DNA of 63,973 nt, filler included, from Reticulomyxa filosa (taxonomy: Eukaryota; Protista; Foraminifera): the NCBI GenBank assembly GCA_000512085.1. It is 14 parts of 14 records of this genome, joined end to end, with 100 filler letters (N's around TTAATTAATTAA, not from the genome) between each part and the next. Parts side by side here need not be neighbours in the genome. Positions count along the whole stretch, not along the records: positions 10,177 to 15,681 come from ASPP01008558.1; positions 15,782 to 17,681 come from ASPP01001708.1; positions 17,782 to 30,683 come from ASPP01017059.1; 11 more parts are not named here. One strand, given 5' to 3'. Of this stretch, positions 11,879-25,537 are shown piece by piece (positions within the stretch are counted from its first letter, which is position 1; each line of letters begins with the position of its first letter). Both the position numbers and the translations under genes were made by a program. The notes beneath the pieces are model-generated. The model saw only the letters and a list, made by a program, of their open reading frames with translations, had not been told where the DNA came from and made no database searches.

Positions 11879-12653
11879 GTACATATATATATATATTTAT
11901 ATATATATATATATATATGTGTGTATGCATGCGCTGTATACGTAACAAAGAGCTCGAATCCCAACCTCAAAGCGTCGTCTTCGGTCAAATCAGGGGTCTC
12001 TCGAAGGATCAGTTCCATTTCATTTAGTTGGGATTGAAAAGGGATGCCTCGATCACTTGTGGCCAATCTGTCGTACAGTCGATCCCAATCGGTGTTGGTT
12101 TCCGATTGTTGCATTTGCGAAGTTAGTGCCTCGAATTCCTCTCGATTTAGATACCCCGTACCGCTTCTGAGTTACACAGACAATTCGCAATGTCCCTTTC
12201 TCCCTTTCGTACTCACATTTTTTTTTATTATTTATATTTGTGATTGGCAAACTTGTTTGCTCGGTAAAACTTGGCTTTCAAGCGGTGAAAGATTGCATTA
12301 AAGAAAACCGGAGACGATGTTCGGTTCGACGGACCTGCTTGCTCTTCAAACGCAATTGATTGAGCTACTGCCATTAGAGACTCTTTTCGCTCGCTTGCGT
12401 GTGCTTGCGTATTGTCAGTTAAACTACTCTTTTCATTGCTTTTTCTCGGTGTTTGCGATTTCAGTGTGTGACGAGGTGAAGGGGAGGTTGGATATTGGTC
12501 CCATAACCGAAACTGGTCTAATGACAACTTTTTAATGTCTGCATACGGTGTCACTTGCGTAGAGGCTCTCACTGGGCGGGTTCTTTTTCGAGGAGTACTA
12601 CTTCGTCCACCTTTATTGTCAAACTCTGTTTCTGTTTGGAAGCGAGTAATCAT
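10250..12653 (-). CDS. Multi-exon coiled-coil protein with a C-terminal membrane anchor
   Basis: Successive minus ORFs (12228-12653, 11755-12114, 11180-11758, 10250-10819) separated by GT-AG introns. Ends 'AVIATVGILSFTGIYVWRKWKQKHTKATDPVP*'. Confidence 0.55.
11815..11925. repeat. Intronic (TA)n/(TACA) microsatellite
   Basis: Read directly. It produces the spurious YIYI ORFs. Confidence 0.9.
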
Positions 12654-13056
12654 ATTTTTCAGTTTTGGATGACGTTTATTTTTTCAATGTTGACATATTA
12701 CGCGCTTCTGCACTTGAACATTATTTCAAGTCTACCCTTTAACGCAACAAAATATTAGTTGTTTTAAAATTCGCTTAAATTACAAGAACATTGTCTACTT
12801 AGACAATTCATATAATCCATGTCTGTATCTTATATCTACGTTTTCTTTTACTCTATCACAACAAATTTTACTGTCTGACTCTTATGCAATCAAAAATCAT
12901 TTCAGACTGATGACTTAGTTTTATCTAGAATATAGATATTAAACAATGCCCTACTCACAAAACGAAAGGTTCAAGGACGGCGTATTTACAAAATACTCTA
13001 GAAAACTTCAACAGGCTCCTCAAAAGCTGTTAATCTTTTGGCAAAGAGAATAACCA

Positions 13057-15352
13057 ATGTCAAATTCTAGACTATTATCAACAAAAAACGAAAGTAGTAA
13101 TATTGCAAGTTGGGACGCTGACGACACAACAAGCACTAAAGTTAACAGCACATTGGCAACTTGTATACCCACATCTCCCAAAAGAGTAGTAAAAACGAGT
13201 CGTCAAACACGAATTTCATGTCAGAATCACAACACGCTCAATAAAAACATACATACAATGGACTTGGCATCAACAAGCGAATGTGACTGTGACGATTGCG
13301 ATACTCCTTTCCACGTCAAAAAAAAAAGAAAAAGATATCATTTGGGCGAAGTGTCCAGTACAATTGAATTGCCTAGTTTAAAAGAGCAATTTGTCGATAG
13401 TGATGATATGTTCCAAAATGCTAACTGTAATACGAAAGTGAACCTTATGGATGAGATTTTCTCAACCAATCAAAAATGCGAATGCCTTGCACACGATAGC
13501 GATTCGCTTTTTACTTTTGAATTTTTGTCGGAGTCCAGTTATTGCGTGGACAGAGATCAAGATGTACAACAGTTATTCGCGAATAGTGATTTCATGACAC
13601 ATGGCGGACCCAAAGGAACAAACAAACTGCTCAGTGAGAATAACAAAAGCATGGCCAATCAAATCAATTTTCTCAAAAGAAAGGCATTGTTCGCCGAAGA
13701 ATACACAAAATATCTCCTTCACCAAATTAAAACGATGGAAAATTTAAAAAAGACATTGACAAGAGAAAATGAAGAACTATCAGTTATCAAAAAGAGATTG
13801 ATTTCTCCCGTTCTGTTAAGTACACAAACCAACACAAAAAAAAAAAAGGTGAAATTACAGTTGTCCCATTACAAAATTCGATCGCTTGAGAATGAGAACT
13901 GGCACATTCGAGAAGCAGTTAGTTTGAAAGCAAAAAAAAACATAAATAAAAATGATCTTCGTGTTTGAATGTATTATTATTCTTTAGCTAAACGAAGGAA
14001 TGATCAAAAGCATTGAAAAGGAAAGTTCACTGAGGCCTACAACGCAAGTGTGTGAAGACGTATTTAAGGAAAATACGACGACAGCGGAACAATTAAAAGT
14101 TTGTCCATTATAAAGCAGTTGTTTTTTTTACGTATTGGAACTCCTTTCATTAAATGGGTTGATATTGCGTATTCGTGTTTTGTGTGACAATAATAACAAC
14201 AAATGCAGCTGGAAAACATCAAATTGAAAAACGAAATTACAAGATTACAAAAGGACAAAGTCGAAAGTCGGCTCTCCTTTGAATCAGTTTCACAAATACA
14301 AAAACATTTGTGTTTAAGAGTTGTGATGCTAGTAGCAGCAGACAAAACTTGCAAAATGAGAAAAACAAAATGTTGTCAACTTTAGAATGAAACAACGCAA
14401 AGACAAATCAATCGTGAACAAGAACTTAACCTTGCAAAAGAAATTCAATACCTGTTTTTGGAAATACAAAAAATCGGAGTCTTGTTCAAACAAGTGAAAC
14501 ACCAAAGACTGGTCTGTTAAATTATTTTCATATTGAATTGCTTGTCAGTCAGTATAGCAAGTATGGTTTGATTAACAGAACATAGACTCAAGGTTGAGGA
14601 TGTTGCAGAGAAGGATGGCAAAGTGTTCCCATAATAGAAGAGTTAATGAATTTTATCTTGTAATACTATCTATTTTGACTCATAGACACATACAACAGCT
14701 TTCCCTCGAAAGCGATAAGTCCAAAACCAACGACGCAAAGAATATTGAAATGGAATGCCAAGTTACATTTTTTAGAAAATTCGTATTTCTGTATGAAATA
14801 TTTTTACACAACAGCTGCTGTGCCAATATAGAAATTATTTGTAGAAATCGGACAAAAAGCCCTGCTTCTCCAAGATTTGTGCCAAAATCAACACTTTGTT
14901 TAGAACTACAAAAAAGCAAATGAAAAATGAAAACATAAAAATAAGATAGCGTGCAATTTTGCAACGAAAACACCAAAAGGAAAGGATTGACCCTAACACA
15001 TTATTCGCCGAAGCAGAAAGCCAAGAATCCACTCGAGCACTAAAAAATAATGGAAAAATAGAAAAAGAGAACGCCGCAATACAAGTGTGTAAATAAGCCG
15101 TGATTGTATATACCACATATAGCTATGCATTATATTCAATGGTGTCTTTGTGTTCAATCTCAAAGACGTGAAATAAATACTAAAGTTACAACTCGTTTGG
15201 AACGCTAACAGGATGGTATGAATTTGAAATACAATGAATTACAAGAACAAACGCAGTCAGGATCATCTCAAGAATCGAATGCGGGAATGTCATTATTGCA
15301 AGACAAAATGATGAATTTAGAATTTGATCAAGTTTTTACAACATCAAGTTAA
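13057..15352 (+). CDS. Multi-exon coiled-coil hypothetical protein
   Basis: 303-aa first ORF followed by many short exons with heptad-like composition (e.g. 'LENIKLKNEITRLQKDK'). Exon boundaries and the end are approximate. Confidence 0.5.
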
Positions 15353-15879
15353 CTCCAAATGTTTTTTTAACTAAAAAGATTTCATACTGTGGAATCAAAA
15401 GTATTTGTTGTAATAAAATGGCCACTGACATTATCCGTTGTGAATACTCGTGAAAAAAATATTTTTTAAATCAAAATAAACAATTTGAACTTCCAATTTA
15501 ATCTCTACTTAATAAAATCTAGTAAACCAACTCTTATTTCAAGATACACCGTTAAAAAAATCAAACTAAAAAAAAACTAAAAAAACAGTCTGTAATCTAT
15601 CAACTTGCTAAGTGAAGTGTTATTTCCCTTTTCTTTCATTTTTTAAAACCAAAAAGGCAGTTCATTTACTCGAAATAATAANNNNNNNNNNNNNNNNNNN
15701 NNNNNNNNNNNNNNNNNNNNNNNNNTTAATTAATTAANNNNNNNNNNNNNNNNNNNNNNNNNNNNNNNNNNNNNNNNNNNNTTTTTTTACAAATATCTAC
15801 GCATTGAGGCCTTTCTGAAAATGCTAAAAACAAGTTGGCAAGTTTCATGGTTACGATATAGGCACGATTGTCAACTTTT

Positions 15880-16075
15880 GCTCGAAAATTTTCAAAAATG
15901 AATAAAATATTCAAATTTTTTAAACAATTAGGAAAGATGTAATAAAAAAAACTACACGATTTATAGATATTTAAAATAAAAAAAAATTAGGTCTGAATGT
16001 TGTTTTTCATGTAGAAAATCAATCATCTCTATAAGATGCCTTTTAGGTGTCAACTTTACTTTGCATTCTACTGTA
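15880..16075 (-). mobile_element. Dispersed repeat copy A, Tc1/mariner-like terminus (...ACTG|TA)
   Basis: Aligns by eye over about 130-190 nt with 59545-59742 ('AAAACTAC..GA.TT.TAGATATTT', 'AATGTTG.TTTTCATG.AGAAAATCAAT', 'TTTAGG.GT', 'CTTTGCA...TACTGTA'). Confidence 0.6.
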
Positions 16076-17262
16076 CCAATGTCGAACTTGTCTTGCAGAT
16101 ATGATCCTTTCTTGTTTTCTTGATTGCTTCAATATATTTTCATCATTCAACTGCTATTCTTTGTTTTCGCAATGCTTTGGGACAATCACCAAGTCTCTTT
16201 GTTATTTTCTGGCAACGCACTTGTTGCAATTTATTTTTGGGTGATGCTCCTGTCGTCGGTTTAGCACAAACGCCACTTTTTTTCGAGGCACGCACGGTTA
16301 AAGAAAAAATCTTTTACTGAGCGTTGTGATAACAAGAAAGCCGTTCAGCAAGGCTTGCTGGCTGAATAAAGATATTGTCAGCACCCTCATTCTTTAGTGA
16401 GGCTGTTACAGTGCTATATATATTCCATTTGCAGACGTAATCGAGAGCTGCTATACTCAGGCCTAGAAACACAGGTTTATAAAAGAAGTCCTTTATCAGC
16501 CATATTTTGCGTTTGAAATAAGGTAATCTGGAGCTATAATACTTTTGTTTGTAACTCAAAACAAAGATTCAGTAAGCATTTGTCAAACTTGTGATGTTGC
16601 TGATTGTAATTACAAGGTATCCAATGGGACATTGAAAACTGGAATCAAAGCGGATATTTTGAATATGTTATTTAGTAATCCTGGTATTTGTATCAACAAT
16701 TCTGGGATTTCATTATCACAAAGGCCTAGTCGACACGTGCAATCAGCATTGGTATTGACAGTATTACAAACAAGGCAAAGAAGCGGAAATTGCCAGAAAA
16801 CGATGATATTTTCGATATGAATACCAAGAAGATAAGGAATGGACAATCTTCGCAAGTACAATTGCAAGTTGTCATGAGTTCTGGAGTGGATGAGAAAAGG
16901 AAAGATGAAGAAATTACTTTTGCCAACATGTGGAAATTCTCGTCGAAGATCCGACATCATTTTCGGGGTTAAGAGTACCTAGATGCAAACACCTGGTAAC
17001 TGGGATAGTAACTATTTTTACTGGAAACGGGAGGTTTTCTGGAGAAGGTCGAACCTTGCTTGCTTTAAGAGTGTTCGACGCCTTTGAGAAATTGGCAATC
17101 TCGAGGCAAATACATGTTTTTTGTGTTTGGCAGAACTCCAAGGGTAGGGTAATTTCTACTGAACCTCGGGCAAAACCGAAACTCACTCGATGATAACAAT
17201 GCTTGTGGCAATGTGTTTTTACCACTTGAAATTGGATCAAGAATACAATCTAATGGTAATTC

Positions 17263-17312
17263 GGACATGTTAACTACACTTCTGGACATGTTAACTACAC
17301 TTCCGGACATGT
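17263..17312. repeat. 21-bp tandem repeat, about 2.4 copies (GGACATGTTAACTACACTTCY)
   Basis: Read directly. Confidence 0.85.
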
Positions 17313-19003
17313 CTGACACTAGTGAACTAGCAAATGCCAGCATGCATGGTAGCATTGGAAATGGATATGGAGTCGAAAATGGCATTGATATGCATGATAC
17401 CAGAAACCAACAACGACAATCCAAAATGACGACGAATAAAGACATGGACGTTGACACAAATGGCACAATGTAAGTGGCCATAAAACGAAAGACGCCAGAT
17501 GATGGATTAACGGATGACATTGCAAAGAAATCAAAGTATCAATAATCGACGTTTCAAGTTGTATTATACAGCTCAAGTATGCAACAAAACGAAGAAAAAA
17601 AGATTGATGAAATCACATTTGAAAATGTGTGGAAGAAAAATATGCAAACTAGACGACAATTACTGTGTACGAATACGCCAANNNNNNNNNNNNNNNNNNN
17701 NNNNNNNNNNNNNNNNNNNNNNNNNTTAATTAATTAANNNNNNNNNNNNNNNNNNNNNNNNNNNNNNNNNNNNNNNNNNNNAAAATCACAATTTGTGTGA
17801 CGATAAATACATATAAATAGTGAAACTTCCACACTTGCTTGGTCCAAACGACTTGGATCGATCAACACGAATGGCTTTAGAACGTGAAATTAAGAATGTT
17901 ATAGAGTTCAGTTTACTCTTTTCTCTTTTATATTTGGATTGAAGTAGGAACGGTGGACAAAAGAAAAGAAAAGAGAATAATGAAAGACAACAAATACAAC
18001 ATAACACAGCTTAATTTTGAACTTTTCTGAAAAATATTTTACCGAAGAATATCAAATACCAAACGAAGAATACGTTCGAAATGCTGAACATGTGGAGACG
18101 GAAAACCTCACTTGATATGCAAGAACGTACGTGTTTTATTGCTTGTTTTTTTTTTCTCTTTCCTCCCTTTTGCTTTTTGCTTTGATTGTGTTGCCTGATT
18201 TGATGATACTTTTTTTTAAAAAAATTAATTTAAAATGTGTTTTGTTTTTCTTTTATTTTTTATTTTTGAAACTGTTCGTTGGTGTTTATGTTATTACTGA
18301 AATACTGTTTCAAATTAGCTCGAACAAACAGTGTTACTCGCGTCTGTACTCATTTCTTTCTTGTCACTTACTCAAAATAAATATTTAGTTTAATTTTGGT
18401 ATCTTTAAAAATCTATTTCAAAAGGATGTTATTCTCTAAATTGTTATACTCTGGAATTCAAAAAATAGCAATTATCCTTTGCAAATTTGAGTATGTACCC
18501 TTTTTTTAAAATGTACACCTCATCCAAACAGTACGGAAATTTCACTGATTTCTCCAGCAACACTAGCTGTGATATCAAAATGTTCTGTTTTTGTGATTGA
18601 GGCTTAATCGTACTTCAAAATGTTTCTACATTTTATACAGTATGTCTTTGTACGTTCGTACGATATGTTTGCGTTTACTATGCAGTTGCTTAAGCAACGT
18701 TCGTCCGTTTAAGTTTTTCAAAACTTTAAACTTCAAACGTGAAAGATGCGAGATTATAATGCAACTTACTTACAACGTTTGACCATGTTTAGATAAGATG
18801 TTCATAATGATGAATGTAATCTTTTTTTTAAAAGTATTAGAAACTCTTTTCCCTGTAATTCAAAATTATACTCACAGTTTAGACAATTTTTTAACAATAA
18901 CAAGTAAGATGCAAAATAAGCACAAAAAATCAAATTTTATTTAGATGGTCTTCAGTTTTTTGATAAACTTAGCCTAAGTTACAACTTGGCACGTTACAAT
19001 TTT

Positions 19004-20140
19004 TTATGGTTCACGAGCCAGTTGTTCTTGAACAACATCCATTTCATTTCTTTGATTTGCCTCTACATCAAATCTAACCTGATTTTGAACAGCATTTTCA
19101 TTATTCTCATGATAGCCAGAATTGATATTTCTCAAATAAAATGGACCTTTTCCTCCGACTGTGATGCAGACGTTTTTGAGTTTTACTCTTTTGTAAACTG
19201 TATTTGCTGTCAAATACCACAGCCTCATAGAACTTCCAATAACACACATTGAAGTCCAAATCATTATAACGTGTGCAACAACATTCCATAGCGCATTGTC
19301 AATACTCTCATGGCGAAACCACGAAATGAAGATTATCGCTGCCATACGGCATGTGTGCAAAAATGCTATAGATTTAATGATTATTATTTAATTGCTTTGT
19401 TAGTATGTCAGAAAAAAAAAGCTGAGCTTGTTTTTGCACATTTGTTGTTTTAAAACGTGCCTAAGTAAAAAGGGAATGACAATTGCAAACACTGAATTAG
19501 TTTTGCAAACCAAAGCATTGAAAGCGCTACAGAGCAATCCATAAACACCAAAAAGAAATAAATCATAAGATCAGGTGAAAATCCATGACCGAACGATTGA
19601 ACTCCTGGATTGATAATACAAAAAGTGGTCGCACCGGTCCAGCTAGTCAATAAAAACACAAGTATTAATATTGCGACTTTCTCACGACTAGACGGAACAC
19701 GGGTCCCTTGTAATTCTGCATTTTTGCAGCAAATTGTGTCCAGTGTAATAATTTTGGTCCATGTGCGCATGATTAGTTTAGTTGATGACGACACAAAAAC
19801 TATTTTGTAAGGAGTTTTACAAACTGTGCATTGCATGACATGATTAGAGCGGCCTTCTGTTAGTTGTAGTTCTTGTTCTAAACAATTTCGGCACAAAGCG
19901 CTTGTACAACGACATGTAGAGTAATTGTCTTTTCCATTGTGTATTGCTGAGAAGCAGTATCGGCACATGTGACGGGCACTGTTTATTATATACAAAAGCA
20001 AAACTGAAACAGAGAAAAAAAGACAACCATGCTTATAGTAATTTATCGTTGAACCTGAGCGAGACTTCGGATGTATTATCCAAGTCTTTGTCGTCTGTTA
20101 AAAAAGTATTTGGTTGATGGTGATGTTCACAACACTCCAT
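19004..20140 (-). CDS. RING-CH (MARCH)-like membrane E3 ligase, spliced, start uncertain
   Basis: 'CRYC...TCRCTSALCRNCL...QCTVCKTPY' followed by about four hydrophobic helices in ORFs 19450-20001 and 19004-19360. Confidence 0.65.
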
Positions 20141-20727
20141 ATTGGTGGCTGTACAAACCGTTTAGATTGGAATTCGTAGTAATTTCAATTTTTTTTCTTT
20201 TTTAATCACGGACATTAGGTTGTTACTTTCTGATTTGTGACTCGTTATTTGTAAGATATTCTACTATAACTTTGTTGACACTAAAGCAGAACTCGGTCTA
20301 AATTTTGTTTTTGATGGCATTCAGTGATCATAATCTGACAACATTGTTGTATGTCAGCTTTTATAAAAAGTTGTGGCTAATCCGTAGGCGACAGTACCAA
20401 AAAGGTGGCATGCAAAAGTAAATGATAAAGTGGTACAAAAAATAAAATTTAAAAAGATAAATTTAAAAGTATTAAAGTAAAAACATTAGATTCGATCCTA
20501 TACGTTATTTTTTTAAGCTAAGAGCATATGCAATAGACGAGGATTTTCCAACACTAACCTGGAACCATTCTGTTTTTTTTTCTCCTTCAGAAAACAACTG
20601 CAAGACAAAAGGGGGCAATTCAACAAAAATTTTGATCTTTTCAAAAAAAAAAAAACAGCAAAATGTGACAAAAAAAAAAGAAAAGGGAAAAAAATTGTGT
20701 GCACTACAAAGTAGTGTGTTGAGCGAT

Positions 20728-22922
20728 TTAATCTTTTTTTGACTTTGGACGATACAATACCAAATCTCGTGTTTGAAAATTTTGAAAGATTTGGCGATCT
20801 TCATTGTTGTTGGTGATATCGGAAGAACTCTCTCTAAGCATATCATCTCTGGTTTCATTTCCAATGGCAAGATTCAAAGTTTCTTTTTGTTGACGGAGTT
20901 GTTGTTTCCTTTGCTTTTCATTTTTCAAATACAATTGCTTGTTTTGCCATTGTGCAAATTCCATCGCCTTGTCTCTGCTCTCATTGTATCTCCGCACTTG
21001 TCGTAGAATGCTGCTGACACAGTCGATGACATGGCCATAGGTCTGAAAAAACTCGACACACTCTTCCATCAAAGACATAGATATGACTGCGCCATATGTG
21101 GCCTGGCACTCATTTAAAAACGATTTATACGTTTTTTCTTTGTTTTTTTCGTGTTCACCCGACGATGACGACGTCAGACTTGCATATTTCTCCGCAAGTT
21201 TGGAGTGCACGTGCTTGCGAAAGTTGGTATCAATCAATTCCAACAGAGTGAGCAAATGAATGCCAGTATTGTGAGTGGCTGTATCCGCGTACGAGTGTGT
21301 GTCGGAGGAGTGGGTTGTGCATCCTTTTCATTTTCCATATCTTCGGATAAGTGAGAAGGGATCGACGACGACGATGATGACGACGACGACGATGACAGAC
21401 AATGCTGTTGATTCATTTGAAAGTGAATCGCAAACTTGCGACATTGTCCGTCCCTTTTCATGAATTCGCAAACCCCACTTGCCAAATCGTAGATGATCTC
21501 CAACGCAACGCCGTGCATTTCCTTCAGAGTGCTCTCACTTGCTGTCGACATTTTCGAGTGTGAATGACAGTAGAGCCATTGGATGTACGAGTACAAGAAA
21601 TACAAGCAAGGCTGGATTCCCGAAAACACGTCCATGATCTGAATTATCGTGCTGTTGCCATCCGTCCAATACGCCAGTATATAAAACACAAAGCGAGAGA
21701 TCCTGTGTAATTCTTGTAATGCCGATTTGGTCACGTGTTCTTTTTCTTTTATTTACGAATATATAAAAATGTACAAATATACAAATATATGTATTTATAT
21801 TTATATTTTATTAATATACCTGTAAAAAAAAAAAAAAAATAAATTATAATCTTTACACAAAGTAACAAAACTGTGCGAGTCAAATTGTTGCAAAGCTTGT
21901 TTGATGAGATTGTATCCACGATTGATGACAAAGACGTTCATATTTGGATTGTTCCATTCGCACAAGGCAGTAATGGTGGCCCACAGTTTGATCTTTAGGA
22001 GAGCGACTTGTTTTTGGAAGGCGATGACGTCCCATTTGCTAGTAGTGACAATAGCAACAGGAGTAGTGATAGCAGTGGTAGTGGTAGTGGTAGTGGTAGT
22101 GGTAGTGGTAGTGGTAGTGGTGGTGTCCGTGATGGCCATGTGGTCCGATTTATAGCATTGGAAGAGCGCCTTCAACAAGGTCTTGACGCCGTTGAGATGA
22201 TGGACTTGGAATTGGACGAGGTTGTTGTTGCGCACCAAGTCTTGCAAAATCCACGCGCTTAAAAGTTGTATCTTTTTTAGACTGATTTCGACGACGTAAT
22301 CGACAGCGGGTGGTTTCGTGGGGTGCTCCTCTTGCGAAAGAAAGGCCGGAGGTTCATGGGTACTCCTTTGGAATTCAAATGTGGGATTATATTCGCCTGA
22401 GGCCAGATGCAATAACAATGATAGACCTCCGCATTGGTATATTACTGCCTCATTTTTATCGAGCAATTGATGGATCACTTCCAATGCGTCTGTCACTTTG
22501 TCCAATCGGGCATTTATCATTTCTCTTCTTTTTTCATTCTCTTCTTCTTTTGATATTCGCTTGGTCCTTATTCGCTGCTTTTCTGATTCTGCTTCCTCTT
22601 CTTCTTTCTCCGTCACAGGCGAAAAGATCAACACTGTCAAGTGCTCTATTGCCTCCTTCAATGTTCGTCGGTTATTCAAAAAACCTTCGCCGCCCAATAT
22701 CACGTTTATCCATTTTTGACGCTCTTCTGGAGGTAAGTCGTATAGACTTTCCACTCTTGTCGTTTTGTCGTTACTCTCCTCTTCGTCCGCTCTTTCTTTC
22801 TCCCCCTTTTTCCGCTTGCACTTTATTGGTAACTTTGCGCCTCCTTCCGTATAGTTTGGATTCGTTGTTTCTTTGATGATCCAACGCAACACTTTGCTTG
22901 CATCATAATTTTCTCGTGACAT
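20728..22922 (-). CDS. Hsp70 nucleotide-exchange factor, Fes1/HspBP1 family (ARM repeats)
   Basis: 'VLRWIIKET', 'PEERQKWI', 'DALEVIHQLLD', 'GGLSLLL', 'SAWILQDLVRNNNLVQ', 'KLWATITAL', 'VFVINRGY'. One intron near 21750-21860 and one probable homopolymer frameshift near 21310. Confidence 0.75.
22074..22124. repeat. (GTGGTA)n microsatellite encoding poly-Thr on the minus strand
   Basis: Read directly. Confidence 0.9.
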
Positions 22923-23318
22923 TTCTCTAAATAATTTGTTCTCAGAATGAAAAAGTTTTATACTAGTTTTCTTTCTTTTTCCTACGTTGACCCTGAAAAA
23001 TTCTATTCAGCTTCTTTTTTTTGAACCGTGCTGGCATGAATAAAAGTCTTTTTTATTGTTGCAAGCAGTCTTAAAAACAAGGAAATGCCTATTTGTAATT
23101 TAATTAAAGAAAAATACATTCCAATTTACATGCACCGACTCCGAGACAGAAGTTTCAAGTGCTCTAGACGGCATCTTATAAAAGTTAATTAAAGCGCAAT
23201 CTATTACTTGTACTTTCAAAATTTCTTGTAACAAGTTATTTACTTTTTCCAGTTTTTGTCCCAAGAACTGAAAATTTTTTGTTGACAAGAGCTTTGTAAT
23301 TCCAGATATTATTTTGAA

Positions 23319-24185
23319 ATGAGTAATTGTCCAAAATTTGATCTCACTCCATTGGTTATCTCTGAGCACTTTTTTTCAATATACAAATATCAATGCCGTT
23401 AATGTCTGTCTAACAGGATGTCGGGCCCAAGCACATTAAACCTGTTTTGCAGTGTCTCGTTCACACCATTTTGTTTCACCGTACGTTGGGAAATGTCAAA
23501 CCTCGTGAAATTTCATCTGACATTTTTACAAATACTTCCTATGTTTTGTGAGTTATTTTGTTACTTTTGCACATAGCTTGTACGACAGCAATTTTTTTGC
23601 GCTTAAAAAATCCTAGATGACTTGTTCGTGGGAGCAAGTGTATGAAGAAATTGAAGCATCAATTAGTCAGGTGACAAAGGCATCAGAGCAAATATTATCC
23701 AATCCAAACAACGATAATCAATCCACATTTATTGAGATCAAGTTTTACGAAGAAATCAAATCAAAAAACGATGGATTTTTGGGTTCCTTTGGATCTTTTT
23801 GGCAAAAAGAAACAAAACCTTACTGGGAAATTTGGGTTATTCCTTTAAGACGCTCAAAAAAAGGTTTGTAATCTTAGTTAACGCAATAATATTTCTTTTT
23901 TTGAAAGAGAAACTTAGACTAAATTAAAAAATGGATTGGATCTGTGTGATGAACAATACAGATGTCGATTTGCGTGTGTTAGAGAAAGAAGTCAGACACA
24001 ATATGATAAAAATTATCGAATATGCAAACAAGCATATGGATCATTTGCCCAAATTACCAAACATCGAAACTCTTAAAGATTCGCCTGTATCATACCCATT
24101 TGAAATCAAAAATCCTGACCAAAAAGACAATACAGGCTTTGGTGCTTTCAAAATGTTACTTAAAACTCCACCTATTAAAACTTAA
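23319..24185 (+). CDS. ATG101: Autophagy protein ATG101 (HORMA); exons 23319-23354, 23417-23542, 23617-23863, 23962-24185
   Basis: Splicing at GT-AG sites keeps the frame: 'MSNCPKFDLTPLDVGPKHIKPVLQCLVHTILFHRTLGNVKP...IKFYE...YWEIWVI...IIEYANKHMDHLP...YPFEI'. All are ATG101 hallmarks. Confidence 0.9.
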
Positions 24186-25537
24186 CAAAACTTCCATAGC
24201 ATTATTATCTTACCAATGCCAATGATCTTTTTTTTTGTTGTATTAGACGTATAGGTTTTTTGATTTGTTTTTTTGTGATCTTCTTTCTCGATAAAATGTT
24301 TTCCACAATTGTTTTTTGAAGGATTACTTTTTTTTAATGATAATACAGTATTGGCCCGTATTAAGACTAGAAGAATTTCCAACCTAATTGTTTTAACAAT
24401 ATTGAAAACAAAGATTTTTCGTTCTCTTTTATAGTTCCAATCCGTTATAATTAAAGTGATCGAATTAGAAAATTTTAAGAAAGAAAGTCTCGCCATAAAC
24501 TTTTTTGTTCTTAGGCTCTTGACTTGACAACAGTCTTACAAATCTTCTTTTAGATTTCCAATATTTGCATGATTAGGATTACTTCTATCATACGATCTAG
24601 GGCATAGAGTGCATCAAAACAACACAATAATCTCAATTACTTTTTTCCAATTCTTCTAACATTTCTTTTAATGATTCGGAGGCGGATTTCTGACTTGTTT
24701 CTATACTCACATTTTTAAAAGCAAGTAATTGTGCAATTTCTAGAGATTTTTTGAGTACCCGCTTATGTATAAAAGAAATTTAATTTTATTCAAGATGAAA
24801 TACTAAATCCTGTGCCTAATTGTTGGACATTATACAATGATTTCAACCTTTTTTGGAAATTACATTGCAAAAAGTTAGATTTGTCAATTCAGATAAAACA
24901 AAATTTCTGTATCTTTAACGTGTCAAGCATCAGTTTACAGAAACATTACGCACATTGTAGCCTTCTTTCGTTAAATCGTACATTTTACAATATGAAAAGT
25001 ACATACAATCAAAATGTGAATGATGTTTTTGAATTTTTACAAACTTGTTAGCATAATTGGCAATAATTACCGACCTTTCTAATCCAAAGTCGGAAATGAA
25101 TATGATTAAATTATCGTGTCTCATGTGGTGCGGCAATTAAAGTGTAATACGAAAGACCTTGGTCTGTGTTTGTTCTGCTTGCACGAAAATTTACTCAAAG
25201 AGCGAGCAGAAGCTAGGAAAGAGTAAAGCAAGTTTTGAAGAAACGAGTTTCAACTTTTTTATCAATTAGTTGCTTTGCCCTTGTTTGTAGCTTGCTTCAC
25301 AATCCAGTATTGTAAATTATATGTACCTTTCTGATTATATAATTCATCATTTTATTTTAAGTGGTTAGTCAGAATAAACAAATACGAGATTTCCAAATTT
25401 CATTTGATTACTACTCAAACGTGCCAGTCAAGCAAATAGAACATACAGAATGTTCAAAAAAACTTAAGTTTGACACGTTTTTGTTCATTTAACCAAAGTG
25501 ATTGTTGTGGATTTGTTCAGTCTTTGCCTGAATAATA

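Noticed and set aside
11621-12114. YIYIYI-rich ORFs (also 3972-4157 and 57904-58315)
   Set aside because: Translations of intronic TA microsatellites.
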